64,000 nt of DNA from Owenia fusiformis (taxonomy: Eukaryota). Of the stretch, positions 1 to 13,802 are shown one piece after another. The translations under genes and the position numbers were made by a program. The notes beneath the pieces are model-generated. The model saw nothing but the letters and a program-made list of their open reading frames with translations, ran no database searches and was not told the origin of the DNA. Numbering within the stretch: the stretch's first letter is position 1; each line of letters starts with the position of its first letter. The DNA lies in contig CAIIXF020000001.1 in assembly GCA_903813345.2 (NCBI GenBank), forward strand, positions 1,674,001 to 1,738,000, given 5' to 3'.

Positions 1-1774
1 ATCAATTATTCTTGCACTCGCATATTATATCTTTGACATTTGTTGTTTTGAGTGATTTTCTGCAAGTGGAGAATCAATATCTACGATTGATCAAACGTTG
101 CTTTCTGTCTAGCCTTACAATCAAATATAAAATTGGAATCTATAAAATATGGAATCAGTTACTAAAATGAATTTGTTAATGGGTCATTTTCTCAAAATAT
201 CACAACAAGATTCTTTCCCGTCATTGGTATTATCGCAACAACTGACCTGACTATAGATGATACTGATTTACAGATGTTTAAACCCGTTGTATAGGAATAG
301 AAGACTAGTCTTCAAAAAATCCCTCCTGTCATCCCTTTACCGTAGGGAATCATAGGGAGGTTAATCCCAAGGACCTTCTGCCAGCGTCTATTGACTTAAC
401 AGACAGCCCAGGATATCCAGGGATTTGTCCCGAAATTTTACAAACGCGGGTACCTTTCACTTGAAATCCTACAATTTATTTAAACAAACAAAAAGGTATC
501 TGACGTTTTTTTAAACTAAAGATTGATATAACACTACTTTTAAATAAAGCAAAATGGATTTTCGGACTTACATCATATCTCCTCATTATTCACATGCTTG
601 AGTATAAATCCACTTCTGGAGTGGTCTGTGGTTCCCTTGTCTTGTCAGCTTTCTGTCCATCCTCCTTTATACCTTACAAGTTCACTCCTGTGAGAGTCAT
701 TGAGCACAATTTGCCTCAAACAACTTGGAACGAGATCGATTGAGAAACACTACCCCAGTATTCTTTTAATGCAAACAATAAAATGGTATTTATATCCCTG
801 GTTCATAAATCCATTCGTGACATAACATAATCTTTCTAGAAAACGCCTTCTTTGTTAATCCAAGTGACATTTGTCTCTTCCGCGTCACATGAAACATTAT
901 TAATATCCCATGGTTTGGCTGGAATTGCTTCAATATTCGTGTTGTAATCCATGGCTTATTACATGACGTAGAATTGAAGCTTAACGTTGTAGGCGGCTCT
1001 CTCACAAAACTCCTTCACTTCATAGATATAACAACGATCAAATTATGGCAAGATTAACTGTAAAAGTCAAAAATATAATATGTTTTATACTGTCAGTGGT
1101 TTGAATAGCGAACTATATTGGACGCGTGCCTTCTATAGTCTCTGGCTAAACGCTTGACGGGAACATGTGAAAACATATTGTACTTCTATACGAACATGAT
1201 TGTAAGATGGATTGACATTAGCAACCGCCGAATGCACACAAAACACTAAAATAGATAGATGAATTAAAACGGTACCTTAGACATTTCCGTGGAGCGAGTG
1301 ACCGTGAAATGTTGAAGCTTGGCCAATGCGGAAGTGTTCTACGTGTAGGTGCGTTCATTGTTTCTCAACTGCATTAAGTAGTCATCTCCGGAGCATCTCT
1401 CGTTGCCTTTCTAAATCCACGTACGACAGACAACCTAGTCTTCAATATATGAATGTAAGCAGTAGTATTTGTTGAGAATAAGCTCTCTTTTATCCTAGGT
1501 AAACAAAGTAAATTTAGATAGACCTAGTAACTTTATTAAAGCAAATGCGCTGGTGATAGCCAAGACTCGATCCTTTTATTCTTATTCGATCTTCTTCACT
1601 AAATATTTTCCAATTATCTATGTTGACTCTAGGTGCACTTTGAAGGCAGATTCTTTCATGTTTTGTTGGCAGCCCAAACTTAAATTCTAACAAAATGACT
1701 AAAGTTGCGACCATCAATGTAAACATGACACCGAACAGCCCAGTCACTATCTTATTGGAATTTTTTATTAGCAT
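1..1774 (-). pseudogene. Possible decayed type II membrane protein gene (glycosyltransferase-like topology)
   Basis: ORF 1774-1514 has a short basic N-terminus, one hydrophobic helix and a stem-like region. Downstream minus-strand fragments read protein-like but are broken by stops and frameshifts. Confidence 0.25.
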
Positions 1775-4147
1775 GTAAAAATGTAAAAATCACACGCTTG
1801 TATTCAATGCTTTAATAATTGTGTATATTATCTGGCGTCAAATACGAAGTAGCATATTTACCAAGGTCTCCAGCTTCAAAGGATTGCATATTCGCCGCTT
1901 CCGCAGTATCTATCCCATGTTTTGTTGATTTACTTGTATATATTGGTCCCAGTTACTTCTTATCTCGTCCTATCTTATATTAGAGTGCAGAATATTGACA
2001 AAAAATATAACGAAGCAACATGTGTGATATCGGCCTTCGTTTCATTTTGGTATGAAGAAATGTTGAATTGGACATTAAACTATGTCACAACGAAGAAGAT
2101 GTGACATCTAGTTATAATGGCCTCAATGTTAAAGCTGACCGGCGGTTGGTGGTTGTAACATATTGTTTTATAAACATTTACGGGTGTTGAGATTCAATCC
2201 TTGTATATTCATGCCTTATATATTTTCCCTCATTGCACAATTCAGTTTCGGTTTTTGGAAATGCTGGGAACGAACAACACGTTCTCGATCTATGACCGAT
2301 ATTGACAGAATTAATTTGCATTACGCAGACGGAACATGAACTTGTTTTGATGATGTGTTTTTATAACAGTGGTGCTTATATCTTTCTTCATAAACTCGGT
2401 CGGCTACTCTGTTCGCTCGTTTGTCATGTCCAGTTATGTCATTGTATACTGTACAACAAATGCAATTTAGAATTATATTCTCGTGTTCATTTTTCATGAC
2501 AAGGTTCATACAACCTTTTTAAAGTAATATTTCCTGACAACAATCGTTGATGTGTTCCCGATCAATCATCAAAAGGTATGTACCATAGGCTACATGTTCA
2601 ATAAGCTTGAATTGATCCCAAGAATATTCTATAAGTAGGTCAAAATAGGCATAGATCTGTGGATTTGCGGAAAATGGTCATTTTATTTCAAAAAGTAATG
2701 GCTCCCTTCGACCTATAATATTGTATAGCCTACATCAAAAAAGATTTTTTTCTAAGATGTCCATCTTCGGAAGAATTGAAAAGAGTATGTCCATTTTTCC
2801 AAACTTTAGCCAAATGTCCAAAAACATAGTCGTGGAATAAATTCATAATTTTTACATCTTTATCGAAAATTATCATGATCTTATTTTGTGTAATAAGATA
2901 TTGTCAGGTTGTTACAACCTTAGAAAAGAAAATTACTAACTCTCGTTACTAAATTTCTGTTAAACCGCAACATACACCCACTAGGATGTCCAGCGGCTTG
3001 TTTTTATAGTGTATATTATATAAGAATTATGAAATAAATAAATTGAATTGAATTGAAAATTGAATTCTCTCTGGTCTTTGTTGCGCATGAGTGAGCCATT
3101 TTACAGAGTATTTTTAACTTTAGACTCTTAGTTTTTCTGTGTGATTAACAATTAACATTTTTTTAGTTTTCAGAACAGTGACCTTTTCAAAAGGAATTAT
3201 CAATCGATTATTGGAGTATTTTGTGTTCGTGTACCTCTTTGAATATTGAACATTTGAACAATGTGAACCAGATGACCAAGATTGGTATGGGATAAACATA
3301 TTATCCTATAGTCGGTTCAGGATATATTATCCCTTGGCCAATATAATATATCTTCCCTCGGGACCTACGGTCCTACCTAAAAAATCCGCCCAATCCCGCT
3401 CATGAAAATCGTATTCACTTCCCGGGAATTTTTGATAAACAAAGCTGAAACTGTTTACCATATTGTTGAATTTTGTCATAATGTCATAAAGTTAAGTCAT
3501 ATTTTGTACACATAATATAGTCTGGTTTTGGTTCATACACAAATTAGTAATATGGATTACTAATGATCTTTATTCTACTACTGTACTGCCATCTTTCAAT
3601 TGATCCACGTACATGTATGATGTGTTACTCTTAGTTTATTTGACATCACCTACTTATCTTTAATTATCCCAGGGTTACAAAGATATAGATCGAATATCAG
3701 TTGAAGATACATTTGATATGTGGATCAAGATATCATATTTTAGCAAAAAATCAACAAACCATCGATTATCACTATTCAAACCATCGGATATCACTTTCCA
3801 AAAGTGATATTCATGGTTTTAAAAGTGATATTCGATGAAATTTTTGTTTCCAAATTTTTCTCATATATGTTGTTTTTCAATAATTTTTTTCTCAAAAGCA
3901 TTTTAGTAATATTTTTTTCAAAACGTTTTTTAAAATATATTTCTTCAGCATTTTTTACTATCTTTTTCAAATTTTTTTCTCAAAAAAACTTTTTTTGATT
4001 TTTTCGGTGGGTTAAGATCTCCCATGGGATAAACTGACAATCCTATTGTTTTTCAAAAATATCAATTAAATCAACTCATGGATATAAATGATATTTCTTA
4101 AAACCATAGGTAATTTCTATAATTACTTGTTCTTTCTCTATTGATCG

Positions 4148-4298
4148 TAATTCTATAGTCTTGCTTCAAGACCCTCGACCACCCCCCCCCCCCCCACCCT
4201 ATCATCTTTTCATCATGTGTAATGTGTTGGAGAAGTAGATAGGGGGTATCCACAGTCTTGAAGGAAGACTAGTTATTCTAGGTATGGCAAGAAATCCC
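4148..4298 (+). repeat. Small TAGTCTTG-terminated MITE plus flanks, duplicated at 6814-6965
   Basis: TIRs TAGTCTTGCTTCAAGAC / GTCTTGAAGGAAGACTA with internal poly-C; near-identical second copy including flanks. Confidence 0.85.
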
Positions 4299-4301
4299 TT
4301 T

Positions 4302-4731
4302 ATGCGAGTAGAAATAATCTTGATTTACGTCATTAAATATTCAAAATTCAGTCAAAGTGATGTCATATTTGAAATCTGCATGTAAAAGTACATCTAGAAA
4401 TATGGTTTCGAAAATTGTTTATCAACTTTGAAAATTTAATTTTTTTTGAAAATGTGACTTCTTGTTCGGGTTGATTCCCCATAGACCCCATGATACAAAA
4501 TCATAAAAAGTGAAATATCTTTTCTTGTATTGGAAAGATAACATTTTCTTTTACTGGACATATTTCAGTTAGCATAACTATTAGATACATAAGGGTTATA
4601 TGAAAATTGAATCATTAAAACAGATGTGATTTAAGTTTCAGGGAACTTTCTCCTATACCCGCCATGCTATCTGACCCGAACGAGCCACCTGGTGGTGAAT
4701 CTGGTAACTACCTACTCGCATCTGCGTTATT
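4302..4731 (+). mobile_element. About 430-bp dispersed element with short TIRs (ATGCGAGTAG...CTACTCGCAT), copy 1
   Basis: Colinear and highly similar to 48884-49328. Confidence 0.85.
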
Positions 4732-5683
4732 GTACTTTCAGACATATGGTCACATAATGCAAATGTGATACAATTTGACAATGTTCCAGTTGTATATTTA
4801 TGTTTCAAAATGCCCTAAATGCTATCAACATTTTATGCCCTTTTTGGACAAATCTCAAATTCCCCTGACATTTCCAGCTGCTGCAAAAATAATTAAATTT
4901 TCTTTGTCATATTCATGTTTGTACAAACCCGCGTGGCGTTTTTTAACTATGAAAAGATAACTTCATCAACAAAAATAAAGATCTAAATGCTCTTTGTCCA
5001 TGATTACTACTTATCAATTCATTTGTTTGATTGAAATTATATTTTAAACAAAGATATTATGTTTTGTCAAACAGAAATAGTAATAGGTAATATGTCGAGC
5101 GACATCTTTTTAAGCACAAGCAGTAATTGTAATTTGAGATGTAATTTTAGATCTTGTTTTGCATATGGCGTGGATTGGAAGACGTGAAATCGGTTGTAAA
5201 TAATATCAAATAAAAGCAATCAAAATTTGAAAAAAAATGAATCCACTTGAGACAGATGATGGTGCAGATTCCTTAAATCAAAATTTGAAAAATAAATATT
5301 TCCGTATGTAGTGTGACGAGTCTGAAGGAATGTAATAGCCAACAGATCATCCATTTGCGTAATTTGTGGTACGGAACGTGGATATAGTGATCCAGATGGG
5401 CTACATAAGTTTGTGACATTAGTAGAAATAAATTCGAAATCCTTATCGTATAAGTATTGCGGAAAGTAATAGATGACGGTCATACAGTAATTAATTCTTT
5501 AAACATGCCACAAAAAGTGAAACAAACGTTCCTAGAAATGGAATTCTTAGTGATACGGAAACTGCCAGTGGGAATGCTGGGTAAATTGCATGGCGGTCAT
5601 TTTGAATTTATAAGTGTGACAATTTAGCACTGTACATTTTGTCATACGCCTTTTAATGATCATAAAGTGTAATTTTCCATTAG

Positions 5684-5971
5684 ATGTAGCAGTACAAGAA
5701 CCTAAATTATTGGATCAATACCCAGAAGTGGCATTGCAGAATTACTGCAATATCGCGATCCTCTGTAGAATTCTCTGTCTATATAGAATACAGCAAGATA
5801 TAAGCCAATATGCGCGATCACTGCTTCGCTCGTTATTGAACAAAATTAGACATAGAGGGTGTACAAATCTAGGATAGAGGCTAAACTTACGTCGATATAT
5901 TCCAATGTAGGTAATACGATTCTGAGGAGGCGTGAGTAGCTGCCTGGGAAGATTACACGGCGTCGAGAAAG
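5684..5971 (+). other. Candidate 5' non-coding exon of the SLC7A4-like gene
   Basis: Acceptor ttttccattag ending 5683 and strong donor AAG|gtaagt at 5972. The large coding exon begins with an acceptor (7183), so an upstream exon is required. Confidence 0.4.
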
Positions 5972-6254
5972 GTAAGTTCACCATATGGTGATCTCTTTTT
6001 CCTTAATCCTTCCGTATAGAAGATTTTTATGGACGCTAACAACATCAAATGAACTAGAGGCAAGTGGTTTTTGAGAGTGATATGTCACATATCGTTGACT
6101 TTTTATATTTTAACCATCTAAGAGCTATTTGGGCAAAACATCTACTTGTTTAACATATGTTCACCTTGTAAGCATTGGAACACGCTTTTTAAGAAAACAC
6201 ATGACTAATCTATAACAACAAGACCTACAATGCGAATAAAATGACAAATTAAGA

Positions 6255-6402
6255 CAAGGCATTAACATGCAAAATGTCACCACCTGTCATTTGTTACAGG
6301 CGCCGGTCGCCAAACTCTGTTACAGACGCCGAACACCGTCCACAAAAATTTGGAGACTATAACAATATGTCACCACTTGTGGTGGTGACAGACAAACAAA
6401 AA
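6255..6402 (-). mobile_element. Short dispersed repeat, possibly HINE-like; relatives at 36955-37055 (opposite strand) and 49950-50000
   Basis: Shared GGCATTAACATGCAAAATGTCACCACCTG...TTACAGACGCC; internal ATGTCACCAC repeats and a terminal palindrome TGTCACCAC..GTGGTGACA. Confidence 0.65.
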
Positions 6403-6813
6403 ATATTGACATAAATTGTACAGAACTAAAATGTAACACATAACATATGGGGCATCTGAGTTCAAAAATTAAAAGTTAATGAAATGTAGGTCACGTAGTC
6501 TTTTGTCCAAAAATAGCAGTATTAAGGGTTAGCTGGAATATAAAAAAGTATTTATTTGCTCACGTGTTATTTGCTTCGTGTCGGTTGAGTTTATTTGGTA
6601 ATAATTCTATTTAAGGGGACGCCTCTTTTCGCTATACTAATGAATACTTACATTTCTCCATAGTTATTACTTTTAATCCTAAATTCATTTCCATATTAGA
6701 TGGGATTTATCTGTTATTGAATACTGGATTTGACATGGCGTAAAAAATGTCGATATTTATTCAAAACATTGCCAGCTTTCAAAAGTTTGAATTCTTCATC
6801 CATTTCCGCCACT

Positions 6814-6965
6814 TAATTCTATAGTCTTGCTTCAAGACCCTCGACCCATACCCCCCCCCCCCTCCCTATCATATTTTCATCATGTGTAATGTGTTGGAAA
6901 AGTAGATAGGGGGGATCCACAGTCTTGTAGCAAGACTAGTAATTCTAGGTATGGCAAGACATCCC
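6814..6965 (+). repeat. Second copy of the 4148-4298 MITE plus flanks
   Basis: Near-identical sequence to 4148-4298. Confidence 0.85.
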
Positions 6966-7230
6966 AATATGCCAAATTGTACTTTCAGAAATTTAAAAAA
7001 TCATTATTGTGTCTTTATTCTAAAATTATATAATTGTATTAAAAAATCCTTAAATGTTCATCTCCATCGGTCAACATCGGCATATAATTTGCTGTATTAA
7101 TAGTTTGGATACTGTTGACATTCCGCGCTTATAACGAGTGTATTCCTTTTATACTATGATCAGAGAGTAATTGTGTTTTGCAGATTCCCCTACAGTTACA
7201 TTCAGCTTGATCGAGCACCCCTTAGCTGGG

Positions 7231-10200
7231 ATGGCAGCTATTGTATCTGAACATGCAGCCAAGCTGGCTGCGAAGCTCATCCGGACGAAAAAACTTGACG
7301 ATGACCGAATGGAGACTCCATTGAAACGGTGCCTCGGGACCGTTGATCTGACGTTATTGGGCATTGGGTCGATGGTGGGTGCTGGTCTGTATGTCTTGAC
7401 TGGTACCGTCGTGAAGGATCTAGCAGGGCCTGGTGCAATTCTCTCATATCTGATAGCTGGGCTTGCTGCTATGTTATCTTCTCTCTGTTACGCAGAATTT
7501 GGTGCTAGAGTTCCAAAAGCTGGGAGTGCTTACACTTACACCTACGTCACAATGGGAGAGTTTTGGGCGTTCATTATAGGATGGAATGTGGTGTTAGAAT
7601 ATATGCTGGGACTTTCATCTGTTGCTCGCGCATTTAGTGGAACATTCGATTCATTCTTCAATGGTGCCATCAGGAACGGGACTATTAACGCTGTCGGTGA
7701 AATGCATGGGGACTGGCTGAGTCCCTACCCAGATTTCATCGCTGCCATCAGCATCATCATCGCACTAGTATGTGTTGCAGCAGGGGCGAAGATTTCTGTC
7801 AACTTCAACAGCATATTTACTGTGATCAATGTTGTTGCCATACTTACTATTTTGGGGGTAGGATTTTCATTTGCTGATATCAAAAACTGGCAGAACGAAG
7901 ACACCGGTGGATTTCTACCATTTGGCTTCCAGGGAGTGTTTGCCGGTGCGGCCACGTTATTCTATTCGTATGTTGGATTTGATGCTATTGCAGTTGCTGG
8001 TGAAGAAGCGAAGGATCCTGCACGTTCTATACCGATAGCCACGGTTATTGCGATGCTGGTTGTCACGGTGCTCTACTTCTTAGGAACCTCTGCCCTCACG
8101 CTTATGGTTCCATATTACGCTGTGACTCCATCAGCGGCTTTTCCAGAAGCGTTCGCATCAAAAGGTGTGATGTGGTTCAAATACTTCATAGCTGCTGGAT
8201 CACTGTTCGGTATCACTACTTCTCTCCTGACAACTGCATTTGCCATGCCACGAATCGTCTACGCAATGGCATCAGATGGACTGCTGTTTAGATCCCTAGC
8301 GAAAATTCACCCGAAAACACAAACTCCAATCATCGCCATATTTGTTTTTGGATTTTTAGCAGCAATACTAGCCTTTCTATTTGAAATCGACACACTGGTA
8401 GAGTTCCTGTCCATAGGGACCCTCTTAGCATTCACCATTGTTGCAATAAGCATCATTATACTTCGCTACCAGCCTATTACTAAATGTCAATTTGATTTAA
8501 AACCCGAGGAAGAAAAGGCTGAACAGCAAGGAGAAGACGGCGCTGCTTCCGATGGAAAAACACCAACAGATGAAAAGCCAATTGTACATTCTAAAAGCCA
8601 CGATGATTTCGGACGTTTAAAACAAAGGTTAAAAACGTTCCCTGTGCTAAAAGATATCAATCCGGGAAATGCTGTTGCTTACTCTTGCGTTGTGATGTTG
8701 GTGGGGATGATGGGGTTCAATGGTTTGGTGCTTCACGGAACGGAGTACTTACAAAGCGCACAGTGGTGGGCAATCATCCTACTTCTGATCCTTACAACGC
8801 TAATCATAGCATGCTACCTAGTCATCATAGCACATGAGCAAAACACAAGCTTCCTAACATTCCAGGTAAGCCGTTAATAGATGCAGTTTATGATAAGGCA
8901 CAAAGAGTACCTTCAGTATCAATGAAACGTGTCTTGTGGTCTTGTAAGTTTTTGCAGTTTGATTGTGACAGTGGTTCCTGAAAGGTAGATAGAGAGAGGC
9001 GGGGGTACCCCGGGGGGTACATATTGTATCGTATTTGGGATATTAGGGGTTTGTTGTTCTTGTATGACTGGCAACGCTTTGATATGTTTACATGCTGTAT
9101 TTTGTTATACTCTTTTATCTTTTAGTATTTCTACTTACATGTTTACGGACAAACTGAAATCAGGTTTTGTATTAAGTAACTTATTTATGTCCTATTAATA
9201 TTGCAACTTGGGTTTCTAATCACGATCGACTACAATGATAAAATGCCAGATAAAAGTAAATTTACAATATACATGTATTAAGGTGTATAATCACCATTGT
9301 ATATTACATGCTCGGTGATAAAAGTGACAAATAAATTAGAGAAACATGATGACAGGGCAATAGGGATTAGCAACCTGTCAATTTATGCACTTAGCCGGAA
9401 ACTGTATTAAAATAGATTAGTGTTCGTATTGTGGCTGAAGAAATGAGATCGTAAATCGATTCATTCGCGAGACGGGAGAATTCAATTATTTCTTATTTGT
9501 CTGATAGAAGAAAATGTCATAATCACACCATTGTTATCAAATGACTTCTAGATAATTGTCAAATATTACAGATTAAGTAATATCCAAACATAACTTTATC
9601 AGGTCTATTAGGAAATTGATTGGATGATTTGTTATTCATGGAGACACTTCATAAAATATTATTGAAATATTTAAAGGGAGTATCAGATCTAGCATACAAC
9701 CCTACCAAATAATCCTTTAGGCTCATATCATTCCCTGTCGAGTCTTTTTCTATAATAGTTCCACTCTTTATTTGAGTAAAACTCAAGATATTTACAATAA
9801 TGTGTTAATTTCTCCATAAATGTGGTTTCCACATTTATTAACTAAGGAGCATTCCAAACATTTGTGGCCAATTTGCACTTTGTACTTTCACCAAACATTT
9901 GCGTATTTTTAGAAATTATATTTCAGACGGTAAGGACTATATTGATAAGTCAATTGTACAATGTACACTTTGCTTGTCATCCCCCATAGCTCTGATTCTG
10001 CCTTTAATATAAACCACAATGTATTCCGTTTGACAGCAATCACCGGTTGCTCATGATGATTGATGCATTCAAATGCCCTTGTGATAAATCATGCCAAACT
10101 CCTTCCTTCTCAAGTCAGGAGATCATCTTTAGTATGAATAAAGTCAGAAAGTCCAAGGTAACCCTTGATCACTTTGACTTATAGGATACAATCTATTCTG

Positions 10201-11995
10201 AAACTGATAATCATTGCCAGTGAGAGATCTCTCTTCTTACATCGTGCAGGTTATCACGTTAAACCATGATGAGTACGATCCTTTTCCTAATCTCAAGTTC
10301 CTTGAGCCCTGATTACCGTTTGTAAGATTAAAAGATTTGTATAAGCACAACAATTGCAAGCCTTTCGGGGGACTGCGGTGGACAATCTAAAGTTCGATGG
10401 TTCGAACCCAGCGTGCTCCGTGTGTTTATTCATAATATATGATTAAATTAATATATTTTATGTAACTTGTCCAATGCCTTACGATTGTTTTGAATTACGT
10501 CCAAAAATTAAGCTATTTATATTTCTTCAACATTTGTGTTTATGGTTTGCTAAATGATGTATTTCTGTCGGTTGAAAAGTGTAATGTAAATACAAGAGCA
10601 ATTATCTTTAGGAATGTTTTGCTGGTTGCTGATTCTTTCGGTTTAAATCAGCGTGTAAAAGTGGTACTTAAAGATATTTATAAATGCCAAATAATTGTAA
10701 TAATACTTATTAGTAATAATAGTACTAGGTTATGTTGGTGAAACACGCACTTTTTATTTCCAGATCCCTGGTATTCCACTGATTCCTGCGTGCAGCATGT
10801 TCATTAACACAGCCATGATGTTAAAGTTGTCCTATCTTACATGGATACGACTAGCAGTGTGGTTGGCAATAGGTAAAACACATACATATGTTCATAACAG
10901 TGCTATAATATTAAAGTTGTCCTATCTTACATGGATACGACTAGCAGTGTGGTTGGCAATAGGTAAAACACATACATATGTTCATAACAGTGCTATAATA
11001 TTAAAGTTGTCCTATCTTACATGGATACGACTAGCAGTGTGGTTCGCAATAGGTAAAACACATACATATGTTCATAACGGTGCTATAATATTAAAGTTGT
11101 CCTATCTTACATGGATACGACTGGCGGTATGGTTAGCAATAGGTAAAACACTATGTTCATAACAGTGCTATAATATTAAAGTTGTCCTATCTTATATGGA
11201 TACGACTGGCGATATGGTTAGCAATAGGGAAAGTTAATATATTCATAATACTGTTATGATGTTTAAGTTGTCATATCTTACATAAATACAACAGGTAACT
11301 TACAATTGTATGGTAAAGCGTACTAAAGTCATTTCCATGTAAGACTTTATGGACATTCTGATACTCATAGCATCTTTCTGTTTCACCTGAAACATCTCAG
11401 GGCTGAGAAGAAAATGAGATGTCATGGTTTATCATGGTGCTTTATGGATATGATTGACGATGTGGTTAGCATAATAATAGTTACGTTCAAAGAGATAGCG
11501 GTTGAAGTTGTTTTATCCTACATGGAAACATCTCATTTTAAAGCAATCGATTATATATGTCCATGAATTCTGCCAATTGGAATTGTGGCAAATCACCCAA
11601 TAAGAGGTTATCATACACAACCGTCCCGATAACTTGATTCGCAAGCTGCAAATTGAGATCTTTAGAATGATTTCCCATTAGACCATACTTTATCCATCCC
11701 GTCTAATCAATTATGTATGGTTTGCCTACCCAGCCATCATTATCGCTAATTTGTATTGTTATAATAATCATTATTTTCAGGTCTGGTAATATATTTTGCC
11801 TATGGTATCCACCACAGTAGTGAGAATAAGGCACTTTCCGAATACAGTCAGATCATCTCATATGCTGGCCCAAGCATGGACAGCGTATACAAGATGGAGG
11901 AAGACGCGAAGAAACAACAACCCGACGCCAAGGCTCCTCCACCAAAGGCTGCACCAGTTGAACTTCCACAAAGTTCTTCCAGCGACGAGGAGTAA
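7231..11995 (+). CDS. SLC7A4: Cationic amino acid transporter, SLC7A4 (CAT-4)-like, about 652 aa; coding exons 7231-8865, 10764-10872, 11781-11995
   Basis: APC-family motifs LKRCLGTVDLTLLGIGSMVGAGLYVLTG, LCYAEFGARVPKAGSAY, GFDAIAVAGEEAKDP and PRIVYAMASDGLLF. Exons 2-3 give the C-terminal IPGIPLIPACSMFIN...TWIRLAVWLAIG/LVIYFAYGIHHS. GT-AG junctions with matching phases (0, 1). Acceptor at 7183 lies upstream of the ATG. Symbol is the closest recalled paralog; SLC7A14 is not excluded. Confidence 0.92.
10797..11230 (+). repeat. 90-bp tandem array built from the 3' part of transporter exon 2 plus its splice donor (4 intact copies, 1 degenerate)
   Basis: AATAG|GTAAAACA recurs with exon-side ends at 10872, 10962, 11052 and 11142. 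Translation repeats LKLSYLTWIRLAVWLAIG. Confidence 0.95.
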
Positions 11996-13796
11996 TCTCA
12001 TATGGGTGGTGTTACACCCCCCCCCCCCTCATTAAGTTTAACAATCGGAGGTTCCCATTGGAATTTGGATGACATATCAAAGCTTGCTTATGTTTAAATA
12101 TTTTTATTTTTGGCTTTGATGTGTGATCTTAACTAAGGGTACTCATGGTTGTCCGACTGGTAGAGAGGAGTGTACTTGTGATGCTATATACGTCCACCGT
12201 TGTCCACGAGGTCACTTCTAGAAAATATATATAGTGGAATTATGATGAAATGGGATCAGTAGCAGACCTCTGATGACAACATTGTTAAAATAAAACACGA
12301 TTTAGAATTATGTTTACATGAAAAATCAAATAAACCTCTAATATGATGTAATTGATATAATGATATAAGTGTGTATATAAAATGATCTGCATATGATCAT
12401 GCAATGTTCATCTTCTGATAAGCCCAAAAGTGTTTCATATAAGTTTTTGAATGATGGAATGATTCAGACAAAAACATTGGTAGCCTGTGGTAGCCTTTTT
12501 GTTTTATAGAATGGTTTCTTTTTACGAGAAGATCATAATAATATCTAATATCAGTGATCAGTACCTTTATCATTGTTTCAACATGTGACGAATAGCTTTT
12601 ATTTATGAAGTGTACGTACTATATAAAAGTTATTGTTTGAAATGAAGATATTAATACTGGTGTACCATCTGTTCTTATAATCCAAATATTATATGCACAC
12701 TCCCTTCCATAAATGTGGAAATCAAATATAACTTGTTCCCCGGGCTTGTTCCCCGTTGTGTGACTGGACAGTGGACATTTTTTGTGAAACCCTGCTGTTG
12801 ATAAACCCATGAATATATTCAGAGGGAGAATTAGTCAAAATAAGGACAACTACTCTTGCCACACGGGCCTTTCCCATTTCTAATAAATCTAGTAACTGTA
12901 AAAACTGATTTGGTTAGTGAAACGGTTTATTTACCTTCGTTTAGCAGCAGGGTGACCCCATTGGATAATGTGTTAAAACCGTTTGTGTTTGACGTTCCTC
13001 AATTACAATTGGTCGACTCTGATGGACTATAAGCAAGTGGTCCAAAGAAGATTGCAAACGTTTTAGCGGATGTGTACAAAGATCCCTTTATTTTATTCAG
13101 GTCATATGAATTCATGAATAAGATGGATAAGATACGGGTTTAGATTCTTGAACATGTTCTATTTATGATTCCATTATTTTTATCTTTTAACAATGTTTTC
13201 TAATTTAATGTTTGGTAGAAAATGCAAGGTATATATAATATTGAGAATACCTTATTGGTGTACAGTCCAATGTAATTCAATGGGGCGGGAGATTTTCATG
13301 AATTATGGAAGGGATGTACATAAGCCAAATGTGCGTTTGATATACGATAATATATCTTTAATATAAGAATGTAATATAATGGTTGTTATGAATATATCAT
13401 AATGAATTCGAAGGTACAATCCAAAATTGAAAGTGCTGATTCCTTTTGTTTAATTATAATCATAATCTGGAATTAACCTGAGACTACATAAAATGTATAT
13501 GTTAGTCTCAGGATTAACATACTGTGTTTAATAACTTAATTACAAACAGCAGTCTTAATTCAAATTGAATCATGGAATTAAGATAGGCATCATGCAGGGT
13601 GACCTATTTTGAAGTACTTTATTTTGTTTTACTTTTAAAAGACACCATGTGTGCGTATCGATCCTTGATTGTGAAACCAATCGATGATTATTTTTTTAAA
13701 TAGAACAACCAAACGACGGTCAACAAGGGTCTTCGAATGGCATTATGCATATACTGTACATGTAAATGTGATGTTGATTTAGAGAAAATGGAATCG

Positions 13797-13802
13797 AATA
13801 AA
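13797..13802 (+). terminator. Candidate polyadenylation signal of the transporter gene
   Basis: AATAAA about 1.8 kb after the stop, followed by T/GT-rich sequence. An earlier AATAAA exists near 12289. Confidence 0.35.

Noticed and set aside
10368-10420. tRNA or SINE head (GGTTCGAACCC B-box-like)
   Set aside because: No cloverleaf or convincing A-box; at most a decayed SINE fragment.
10797-11230. CRISPR-like regular repeats (also 58002-58203, 61806-61974, 16620-16950)
   Set aside because: The units are head-to-tail with no unique spacers, there are no cas genes, and the context is eukaryotic and intronic.
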